From Mantamonas sphyraenae STR306 (lineage: Eukaryota; Protista; CRuMs), in the NCBI GenBank assembly GCA_026936335.1, contig JAPMXV010000036.1:236754-300753 (forward strand): 64,000 nucleotides of DNA, written 5' to 3'. Shown here piece by piece: positions 34,945 to 44,955 of the stretch. Both the position numbers and the translations under genes were made by a program. Below the pieces are notes generated by a model that was not told the origin of the DNA, ran no database searches, and saw nothing but the letters and a program-made list of their open reading frames with translations. How positions within the stretch are numbered: position 1 is the first letter of the stretch; each line of letters starts with the position of its first letter.

Positions 34945-37567
34945 ATGGAGGAGTTGCTGAGTCAAGCTGAAGCGGCTCGGCCCAGCACAAGCGCTGGAAT
35001 CAAACAGGACCAGTACTTTAGCGAACGGCTAGAGTCGTATGTGCAGGCCAAGAATGCAGCGTATCAAGGTGGGTTTTGGGCATTGGGACACTCATGCGTG
35101 ACGCGGGGGCGCGAGTTTGAGCACTGACACGGTGATTCACCTCGGTGGGCGCGGTTCCTTGCACGTGGCTGTGGTTTGTTCAGCGCGGCAACTGGACCTG
35201 GCCAAGACGCTAAACACAATGGTGGTGCATTTGCAAGAGGTGGGTGGGCTGGGCGTGTGGAGGACGTTGGCATGAGACGGGAGGTTGTGCCGAGTAACGG
35301 TCGCTGAGATGGCGTGAGGCTAACATACGACACACACACAGTTGCTGCTGAAGCTGGCCAAGCTAGAGGACGACAAGTTGTCCCTGTTTCAGGCAAACCA
35401 TCTGAGCGCGGTGGCGGCAGTGCGGGTAAGTAGCGAGGAGGGAAAGAAAAGCGGCGGGGGTTGTTGGACGTGAGTGGACTTTTCGTGGGCGAGAGCGCTG
35501 ACGGGGCTGTGGGCTGTGTGTGTGGCAGGTGGAAATGGCGCAGCTTCGCGAGTCGATCCAGAAGCGGATTAGCTCGTTTGACAGCAAGATGGAGCAGATC
35601 AACGCAAACTATGTGTTTGCAGGCCATTCGAATCGGAACAAGCCCGACGCCCACGGGAACGGAGTATACGGGCACAAGAGCGAACCTCGCGTGGTGCTGC
35701 CGTTTGGAAACAGCCCGGGAGCAACGGGAGCGAGGAATCGCTGGGGGACTACCTGCGCAAGAGCGACGGGAAGGGGGAGGTGTTGACGGAGGAGACGCGG
35801 AGCGAGAGTCAGGACAAGCAGGTGCTGCGGCTGTTTCTGCAAGGCAAACTGTCGCCGCGGCGGAGCTCGAGCCGGCCGCAGGCTCGGGTTGCGATGTTGG
35901 ACGGGGAGGCAGAGGAGGTCGGGGAGGAAACGCCGTCGCCTTGGCGAGGACAGCAAGGATCGCCAGGCAAGGGGAAGCACAACATGGAAGATGAAGAGGA
36001 AAGGGAGGAAGAGGAGGAAGAAGAAGGGAGGGATAGGAGACGCAGGGTGAGCAGCAAGCAGGTGTCGAGCGAAAGCCGAATCCCGCGGCCGGGGCCGTCG
36101 TCGACACCTGGAGTGCGGTTGAGGCGGAATGAGGGGCGGTCGAGGCTGCGAAAACCAAGCGAGATCGATGGAGAACGGCGGGTTTACCGTTCAGGACGGA
36201 AGCAGGAAAGGAGGGAGGATCAAAGCGAGGGTGTGGTGGCGCGGGGACGTGTGACGCGAAAACGTTTGGAGATGAGCGGGGAGGGAGCGGGTGAGAGCAA
36301 GGGAAAGGTTGAAAGAGACGGAGACGGAGACGGAGACGGAGAAGAGGAGGAATACGAGGAAGACTTTGAAACGCCGGTGAAGAAAAAGGTGGCAGGCGGG
36401 AGAAAGCTGAGTGAGGCGGATCGGAAGCTGGAGGAGGAGCTGCGGCAGGAGCAGCAGGCGATGTACAATCCACAAGGGGCACACATGTACGGGAAGCGAG
36501 GAGGAGGAGGAGGAGGAGGAGGAGGAGGAGGAGGGGAGGGGCGACGGAAGGAGGCAGCGGTGGAGTTGGAGGTGGCAAGGACGTACGAGGTGGAACAGGT
36601 GGTGGACGTGTTTGGTGAGGAGATTGCGGCACAAGTGTACTCTCGAAGCTGGAAGAACCGTGTGGAGGGCCTGCAGCGGGTGGAGCGAAGTCTTCGTGCG
36701 TGGAACGAGCGAGCGAGCGGGGTGGAGGCGAGCAGTGCGACGGAGAATGTGGTGCGGGAGACTCTGAATGTGGGGGAGGTGCCCGAGGACATGCGTGTGG
36801 AGGACGTACTGAAGGTAGCGGCGGTGGCGGTGAAGCAAGGGATGACAGACAAGAATGTGCACGTGCATCTGACGGCGCTGAAGCTGCTGCACTACTGCAT
36901 CGGGTCGTATGGGGCAGATGTGGCGCATGGGGTGATCCACTCTCTGTTTGGAGACATGTTTGAGTTGATTATGGAAAAGGGGTGCGACACAAACGGGCGT
37001 GTGCGACAGCAGTCGAAAGAGTCGCTGGTGTCGCTTGCGAAACGAAAGAATGTTGGGGTGGCGTATGTGGCACACGTGGTGCTGCGTCATGCACGCAAGA
37101 GGTCCACAAGCTTCCGTGCGGTGATTGCACGTGTGACGGTGCTGCGTGAACTGGTGCACCAGCACGGATGTGTGGAGGGTCTGACGCTGAAGCAGTTGAT
37201 GCCGTACCTGTTGTGGGCGCTGAACCATCCAAACGGGGACGCGCGTGCAGAGACGCACAACACCATCTTGACAGTGTATGCGCACGTGCACGATGAACTG
37301 CTGCCGTACCTGAAGAATGTGAAGGCGGTGGTGCGCAAGCAGCTTCTGGACGACTTTGCAGACATTGACGGGCAGCCGCGGCCATCAGAGGTGGCGAAAC
37401 GGGAGGAGGAGGCGCGTTTGGCGGAGAAGAGGCGCAAGGCGGCCAACATTGAACGGTTGGAGAAGCAGGTGAAGGAGATGCGGAAGATCACGGAGGCAAT
37501 GGATGCGAAAGCGGCGCTGGAGCAGTTGGAGGCAGGGAGTGCGGTTTTGGAGGAGGTGGAAGGGTGA
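34945..37567 (+). CDS. CEP104-like coiled-coil + TOG domain protein; exons 34945-35068, 35184-35239, 35342-35425, 35529-37567 with a 1-nt frameshift at ~35718
   Basis: AKNAAYQARQLDLAKTLN...LAKLEDDKLSLFQANHL resembles the CEP104 coiled coil; VYSRSWKNRVEGL, GMTDKNVHV, EKGCDTNGRVRQ and ALNHPNGDAR are TOG HEAT-loop motifs. Confidence 0.75.
36498..36533. repeat. (GGA)n trinucleotide repeat encoding poly-Gly
   Basis: Direct read. Confidence 0.9.
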
Positions 37568-37596
37568 TGTGGATAAACTATGTATTTGAGACGTGC

Positions 37597-38212
37597 TCAG
37601 ACGTCGACGCAGGTCTTGAAGGCGGAGGAGACGGCAAAGCGGCCGCCCGGGATGTAGGAGAGGACGTACCAGGCAAGGGCGAAAAACTGGACGATGAGGC
37701 AAACAATGACGAGGATGGTGATCTTGAGCTTGAGGGCAGCGTAGAGAGTGGCGGCGAGGGAGCCGAGGTAGAGGAGGGAGGCAAAGATGCGGGTCTTTTT
37801 GGTCATGGACTTCAGCTGGGACATGGGGCCGACGATGAAGGTGGTGCTGGAGGGAGGGTGGGAAGAGAGGGAAGAGAGGGAAGAGAGGGAAGAGGGGTGG
37901 GGAGGGGGGACAGGTTTGGGGTGAGCAGGGGGAGGAAGGGGAGGGGGTTGAAGTGGCGGGGGAACGGAGGAAGTTGGAATGAAGGGGCAGGAGAACGCAC
38001 CTGCCGAGGGCGAGGATGTTGCCAAGCGTGTAGAAGATGGCAAACTTGGTAAAGTTGAGGGTGGCAATGTACAGGGTGGAAAGGACGGAGGTGATGAAGC
38101 CGAGGATGGCGCAGGAGGCAAAGCCGATGAGGCGCTGGGTGTAGGTGAGGCTCATGCAGTCGCCCTCAAGTAGATCCTGGTCTTCAGGCTGGCCCGTGAG
38201 ACGCTTCCACAT
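37597..38212 (-). CDS. SFT2: Vesicle transport protein, Got1/SFT2 family; exons 38001-38212, 37597-37846
   Basis: SLTYTQRLIGF...[30 protein letters not shown]...RIFAS...QFFALAWYVLSYIPGGR. Confidence 0.93.
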
Positions 38213-38317
38213 GGTGTTTTGGGGGATGTGGGTTGTGGTGGGTTGTGGGGGGTTGGATGGATTCGTGGTGGTGCGGGCGGTGCGCTGCGCTGCGCGTGGC
38301 GGGCCAAAAAAGGTCAC

Positions 38318-40168
38318 ATGGTGAGTCAAAAGGCAGCAAGGCCGGGAGAAGGTGTGTGGAGGGGAAGCTGACAGGGAAGGGGTGCACAGAGTCGATCAAC
38401 AGCACGGCGTCCGACAGGACGAAGTGGGCGCAGTGGAAGGGGAACGCGCGGTGGGGCGTCGGGCGGAGACGCAGGCGGTGGGGCGAATCAAGCGGCAGCG
38501 CTGACGGGACTGCAAGAGAACGTGAGCAAGCTGCAGGAGGAGCTGGACAAAGAACGGGAGGAACGCAACTTTTTCCAGCTGGAACGGGACAAAATCTTTA
38601 GCTTCTGGGAGATTACGAAGCGAGATTTGGAGGAGCATCGTGCGCTTCTGCGCATCAAGGACCAGGAGGCGGAGAAGGCGGAGGAGGACCACCAGCTGCA
38701 GGTGAAGGTGCTGAAGCAGCGCATCAAGCACCTGTTGTTTGAGCAGCAGAACAAGCTGACGAAGCTGAACACGGATGCGCAGCAGAAGCTGCTGAAGAGC
38801 AAGGAGGAGCATCGGCAGGCAGAGGCGGAGCTGAAGAAGCACAAGCGCATCCTGAAGCTGGAGCTGAAGGAGAACGAGCTGCGGCATCAGGACATGCTGA
38901 AGAGCTTGAAACAGGTGAGTGATGGGCGATGGGGAGGGGAAGTGGGTTGTGTGGTGACGGGCGAGCGGGAGATAGGAGAGGCGAGCAAAAATGGGGTAAC
39001 GGCTAGATGATGGGTGGGCCGGCGAGAGCAGTTGCGTGGTCAGCGGGGGTGAGGGTTGGTGGGTGTTGGAGTGGGATGGGGTGGGTGTGGGCCGTGGTGG
39101 GAGGCGGAAGGGGAGGGGAATGGGATGAGCGTGTTTGGAGCAGAGTGGCGTGTGTGAGAGGGAGGGAGAGAGAAAGGGGGAAACGGGCACCGGGCGTCTG
39201 ACACACAGGACACGGGGTGGGCTGTGACGGCGGGATGACAGGACCACGCGAAAACAATCACGCTTCTGCGGGCAGAGTTTGAGAGGAACGCAAAGCAGCT
39301 GCACAACAAGTACCAGAAAAAGATGAGGATCCTGCGAGAGGACATGGAGGCACAGAGGAAGAACGCAGTGATGGAGATCGAGGAGCGAAAGGGAAGTCAC
39401 GTACAGGAGCTGATGAAGCGGCACGAAAAGGCGTTTGCGGAGATCAAACAGTACTATTCGGACATTACGCACAACAACATGGACCTGATCCGGTCGCTGA
39501 AGGAGCAGCAGCAGAAGAAGACGGCGGACATGCAGGTGCTGGAGAAGGAGCTGAGCAAGCTGCAAATCGAGAACCGGGACCTGCACAAGCCGCTGGCAGA
39601 GTACAAGGAAAAGGTAGCCAACTTGCAACAGGACTTGGCAAACTACGAAAAGGACAAGCTGAGTCTGTCGAACGCCAAGTCGCGCATCAAGAAGATGGAG
39701 GAGGAGTTCAAGGCGCTGAGCTGGGAGCACGAGGTGCTGGAGCAGCGGTTCGAGCAGGTGGAAGAGGAGCGGGACAACCTGTACTCGACGTTTGTGGGCA
39801 CGATTCAGGACGTGCAGCAAAAGAGCGGGTTCAAGAATCTGCTGCTGGAGCGCAAGCTGGAGGCACTGAATACGGAGCTGGAGAAGAAGGAGGCACAGCT
39901 GAACGAGGTGCTGGCGGCGAGCAACCTGGACCCGAGCAACCTGGGCGCGGTGACCAAGAAGATGGACGACGTGCTGGACGCAAAGAACAAGGCAATCAAG
40001 GAGCTGCAGTACGAACTTGCACGCATTTCCAAAGCGCACGACGACACCATCCGGGTGTACGAGGCCAAGCTGACGGAGTTTGGCATTCCGCTGAGCGAGT
40101 TGGGATGGCGACCGCAAATGACAGGCGCCAACACATCGTCTGGCCCAGCAGGATTGCTCAGTGGGTAA
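38318..40168 (+). CDS. GAS8: Dynein regulatory complex subunit 4 (GAS8/trypanin); exons 38318-38320, 38389-38914, 39242-40168
   Basis: ELDKEREERNFFQLERDKIFSFWEIT...EIEERKGSHV...HEKAFAEIKQYYSDITHNNMDLIRSLK...VQQKSGFKNLLLERKL...YEAKLTEFGIPLSELG. Confidence 0.95.
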
Positions 40169-40905
40169 TGAGCACCAGTGGAGGGTGTGGCTGCGGCCGG
40201 GGGTGGTTTGGGCAGAGGGGAGGGACGGGAGGAAAGATTTTGCGGAATGAGGAATTGCGTTTTGCCACTTGATTGTTGGCGCCACAGAGCAGCTGTTTTG
40301 AGGATAGGGCTGTGGCTGAATCACTGTCGATGGGATGTAGGAGTGGGTGTAGGGGGTGCAGTTGGCCTGTGAGGGCTGGGATGTGGCGCATGGTGGGTGT
40401 CGGGAATGGACGAGAGGGAAGGCCGGTGGAAGCGCCAAAAACGTCGAGGAGTTTGAGCGTGCTGCCGTTGTGTGCGAACGCTCAAGGCACATAGAGCGTC
40501 CAGAAGGCGTAAACATGGAAATGTGGACAGCAGGTGTGGCGTCTGCACGGTGTGGATGTTGGGCAGGCGTGGACGGGGAGGCGTGGAGAGTGAGTGGGCG
40601 GAAACAAAATTAGCTTCGATTTTTGTTGTGGCTACCCAATTGTTCCAAACGCGCCCCCGTGGAGGTGTGCAGAGTGCAGACAGGCACAAAGAGGCATCGG
40701 GGGTGTATGAGATGTGTGGGGACCATGAGGGGGAATTGCCAGAGGTCTACGGGGCGATGGAACAGTGCGCGGGCATGCACACTGCAAACTCCCCAAAAAA
40801 TTCAACGCTCGCGGACAAAACGTTCCATAACCCTCCCATTAGACATTGACGTGACAGTGGAAGCGACCGGAAGACGCAGTGGAGAGAGTATCATACACAG
40901 CAGTG

Positions 40906-42234
40906 ATGTTTACACGTTTCAGACAACAAGAAGAGGAGGTGGCCCGGCTACGGCCGGATGGAAGAACTGAGATGACCCCGGACGGGAGGTTCTTTGTGTT
41001 CCCCAAAGGAACTCCCCAGTTCCTGGTGGCCACGTACATGATGCTTGAGAATCCAGAGACACAGGACATTGTATCGTGGGACTGGGGCACTTACAGCCAG
41101 CTGGAAGAGGTGGAGAAGGATGTGGTCAAGCGAGATGGAGCGAAACGAGGTGGAAGGCGCAAGGCGGCCGCAAACGCCGAGGCGGTGCGGAAATCACAGA
41201 GATTGGAGTACAACGGGTACACGGACGCAAGCGACGCGGACAACCCTTGCAGGTTGGTGATTCATGATGTACAGGAATTGGAGGACAAGGTGTTGCCAAA
41301 CGTGTTCAAACACAACCGGCTCACGTCGTTCGTGCGGCAGTTGAACAGCTACGGATTTCGCAAAGTGAGGACAAGTGCAGAGACGTTTGTGCATCCGATG
41401 TTTCGGCGAACCAATCTGGAGAGCGTTGGTAGCATCCGGCGAAAGAACGCCTTGAGCCGCGTCGGCGGCACCGGTGGTGGTGGTGGGAAGAGAGGCATGC
41501 GTAGGAAGCGCAATCGGGATGAGTTGTCGGTTGTGCCGGAGGTGATGGTCGGGGGATTCGATAGGCAAGGTGGGTTGGTGCAGGATGAAAAACGGCAACG
41601 ACAGGAATTGGATCTGCAGATGGCAAGCGGGACAATGTTGCAGCAGGTTGGCACCTCCAGCGTTGACATGCCACGCATGGATCCGGTGACCGGCCTCCCG
41701 GAACCTCTAGGGCTTTCAAGCCCGGCCTTCGACATGAGACCAAACGAGATGATCCTGCTGAAGGCGCAGATGTCTGTGTTGATGCAGCGGATGACGTCCA
41801 TGCAGGTGGAGATGAAAACACAGCAAACAGCCATGCTGATGATGGAACGCGAGCTGGAGGAGACTCGGGCAGAGAACAGGCGGTTGAGGCGCAAAGTGGA
41901 GAAAGCACAGGGCAAGAAGACGGCGCGAAGCAGGGATTCTTCTGGCGAGGAGGGCAGCGACAGCAACAGCAGTGGTCGTGGGTCGACTGGTTCGAGGGGT
42001 GCCGTGAGTTTGTCGTCTGGACTGGTCGGTGCTGGGTCAGGTATGCCGGGAAACCTCGAGGACAGTGTCAGGGCGCTCATGGGGCAGGAACCAACGGTGG
42101 AAGTTGGCAAAGGGATGATGGAGTTTCCATGGATGGGTGACTTGAGCAGTGGGAGTGGGTGGTGGCAACGGGACACAGGCTCTGCTCGACGCCATGGCCA
42201 CTCGTAGCGGCAGCAGCGAGTTTGGGCGAGGATA
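40906..42234 (+). CDS. HSF-family transcription factor paralogue A, intronless, large insertion in the DNA-binding domain (literal stop 42207; 42234 if a 1-nt insertion near 42157 is corrected)
   Basis: PQFLVATYMMLENPETQDIVSW...RLVIHDVQELEDKVLPNVFKHNRLTSFVRQLNSYGFRKV...FVHPMFRR...SIRRK; coiled coil LLKAQMSVLMQRMTSMQVEM...ERELEETRAENRRLRR. Confidence 0.88.
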
Positions 42235-43442
42235 GACGGCCTTCTATCCATACCGACCGGGATGGATGACGGCGTCGGGGCACTCCTCAACCAGGACCGT
42301 CTGGGACTGAACACAGAAAACAGTGCACAACCATTCCTGGACCTGCTAGAACCGCGCCCAAGCATCACGAGCCAGGAGTGGACTACCTCCAAGCGGTAGA
42401 GCTGCACCCGCACCAGCTTTGACGAGACTTGGGCGAGGATAGAGAGGGTTGTGAAGAGAGGAGGGGGGAGTAGAGGAGAGAAGAGTGAAATAGAGGTTGT
42501 ATCCTTGCATGAGCGACACTGGAGATTGGATGGAGTGGGTGGCGCGCATCTCCTCGTCCCCATGCGTGTGCATGCTGCTGCACAGTTGGAGCACACCGAT
42601 ACGAGCCAGAGCACAAATCTACACTGTCTCTCCCCACCATCTCATCCACACGTGGACACAGCCTGCACGCCCCGCACAGCACCTTGCAATCCCTGGTTCT
42701 TCCAAACCCGCCCTTCAACGCACACGCCCAATGCAACACATGCCTGTGACACTCACACGTGACTGCTACTCACACACGATGTGCATCTCACTCACCATCA
42801 ACCCTCTACTCGTCCACATCCCCACAAATCAGAGCAAATCTCCCCATCACGCTCCATCTCCTCGCATGCCTGCCCCTTTGCCCACCATGCCTTTCCATGA
42901 TTGAGGAACACGCCTGTGCCGTTCCCACACTACGCAGCTCCCACCAGCCCACCCCGGGAACTTTGCGTACGCCCCTGAGAGCCCTTTGGGGGGCTCTTTG
43001 GGGAACTCTTGTCAAGATACACGGATTTTGGGCACCTTCCCCAAAACTTCTGCCCATGGCCCTGGCTCTTTCATACAGTGTCCATGCGCCTGCAAATGCC
43101 GCCTACATGCAGAAAAAAAGGGTTGTTTCAACATCCGTGTTTGTTCCGTCATGCCTGTCCACAGGCTTCTGTGTCTGCACAAAACGCGGCGACCACTTCC
43201 GCCGCGCAGGAAAAAAACACGAGCCCGTTCTCGTGTCCTCCTACGCCGCTTGCAGTGTCTCCCTGTTGCAGACGACACCCTCATTCACATTTCGATGTCG
43301 CCCACAACTGTGTTGCGCATCCAATTCCTCCTCCCCTGCTTCCATATGCACACACGCACTGGCCAGCTCTGCTGCGCCGATCGTCCCTTCTCCACGCGTC
43401 TTCGCCCCGCCTCCGCCTCCGCCTCCACAACGTTCCACGTCT

Positions 43443-44132
43443 TCACTCGTCCCTCTCCTCTTCCTCTTCCGAACTCTGTTGGTACCCCCACGCCTGCCGG
43501 TCGCTGATGGCCTGCAGGTCCTGGTGCAGAAGCTGCCGCGTCAACTGCACTTCGTTCACAACCACCCTGCTCAGCTGCTGCAATTGCCGCTCCACCGATA
43601 GCACCAGTGCATACAGGTCGTCGACCGTGCGCAAGGACCCGTCGTCCAAGTTGTCAAAGCCAATGACCCCTTCCAGACGAGGGTCGGCCCCCAACGTCAC
43701 GCCGTTTTTGTCCTCCCTGTCCGTCGCCGAGTCCGTCTCCGACTCGGCCTCCTCCGACTCTTCCTCGTCCATGCCATCGGCTGTTTCACTGCTTGTATGT
43801 GTGCCCCGCTTAAAGTCGATTGCCCTCTGCACTCCTTCTTCGCTTAGGAAGCTTGCTCCCACATTGGTGTATGCTGTGTTCCACCGAATGACACACCCAC
43901 CTTCGCGGCGCTTCTTGACACTCAAGCCCCATGCACGGCACCTCTGTGCAAACCTGTTCCACGGCAACTCGCCAGACGACTTTTTGGTCCCCTTTGCCTG
44001 GAACTCAGCTGCAAACGCCTTGAAGGTGGAGACGATCAACGTGTCGTCACTCCGGTCCAGAGAGACAATGCTAGAGAACTCCCGACTCATCTGCAACAAG
44101 GCCATGGGCAGCTCTTGTTCTTCCATGGCCAA
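43443..44132 (-). CDS. Degenerate HSF-like protein (229 aa), copy A
   Basis: LPMALLQM...IVSLDRSDDTLIVSTFKAFAAE...WNRFAQRCRAWGLSVK...SFLSEEGVQRAIDFKR follows HSF DBD spacing; C-terminal heptad helix; ORF intact in both repeat arms. Confidence 0.62.
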   Translation of the reverse strand: MAMEEQELPMALLQMSREFSSIVSLDRSDDTLIVSTFKAFAAEFQAKGTKKSSGELPWNRFAQRCRAWGLSVKKRREGGCVIRWNTAYTNVGASFLSEEGVQRAIDFKRGTHTSSETADGMDEEESEEAESETDSATDREDKNGVTLGADPRLEGVIGFDNLDDGSLRTVDDLYALVLSVERQLQQLSRVVVNEVQLTRQLLHQDLQAISDRQAWGYQQSSEEEEERDE

Positions 44133-44708
44133 CCCAGTGATGCCGTCTTCTGTGTCGACTGCATGGCCGCGATGGCGGTGTGGACGTCAGTGTGCAGCGG
44201 AGGTTGGAAATGGAAGTTTTGGGACTAAATATTCTGCGCGGATAATCTGCGCACACAGCGAGTGCACGGCCGTGTGCGGGCAGGCACCGCGTCGAAACGT
44301 ACAGGAAAAGGCGACTGACATGACCTGGGTGCGTGCAGTCGGGATTCGGGAATGCTTGTGACAGCGGGCGGACGAGAGATGGGCACCGGATGCCAACGTG
44401 TGGACAAAATGTCCCGATGCGACCAAGGGTGAACAACAACAGGCAGGGACTGTGCCAGTAGCATGGAGAGGTGGAGCAAGGTGTTGGGTGATGCCCAGGC
44501 GTGTGTCTGAGAGACGGTTTGTACGACGAGATGGAACCATTGCAGAGCGTCTGAAACTCCACCGGGAGGAAGATCGAGAATGGAGATGATAGGCAGATGT
44601 TCTGTGTCCCTGGAGCCGTCGTTTGAGGACGCATTCCTCTGTCGGCCGAGGCAGTTGGCGCAGAGACAGGCCGCGACACTCAACCAAGCCATGACTGCCT
44701 TTATTGCC

Positions 44709-44731
44709 CACACACACACACACACACACAC
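44709..44731. repeat. (CA)n microsatellite inside repeat arm A (mirror (GT)n at ~52496-52518)
   Basis: Direct read. Confidence 0.85.
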
Positions 44732-44955
44732 CATAAAGATGCAACACACTCTCATTCACTCGTGCACACGCTGTCGTTTGTCTGACGCATGCGGTTCTCC
44801 GAGATGGTCGCCGTCTCGCGTCCACCCCACCGCTGAGCTGTGAGCTCCACGTGTGCCCAAACAAGGCGTCCAACTGCCCGACACCCACTGTAGTGTACAT
44901 GTCTCCAGGTACCTTTTGCAACCACGCACTCACGACACCACCCGAACTTGCGCCG

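Larger units (their letters stand above)
42237..44854 (+). repeat. Inverted repeat arm A (~2.6 kb)
   Basis: Reverse complement of 52371-54987 with scattered substitutions and indels; the two 229-aa ORFs differ at two residues. Confidence 0.95.
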
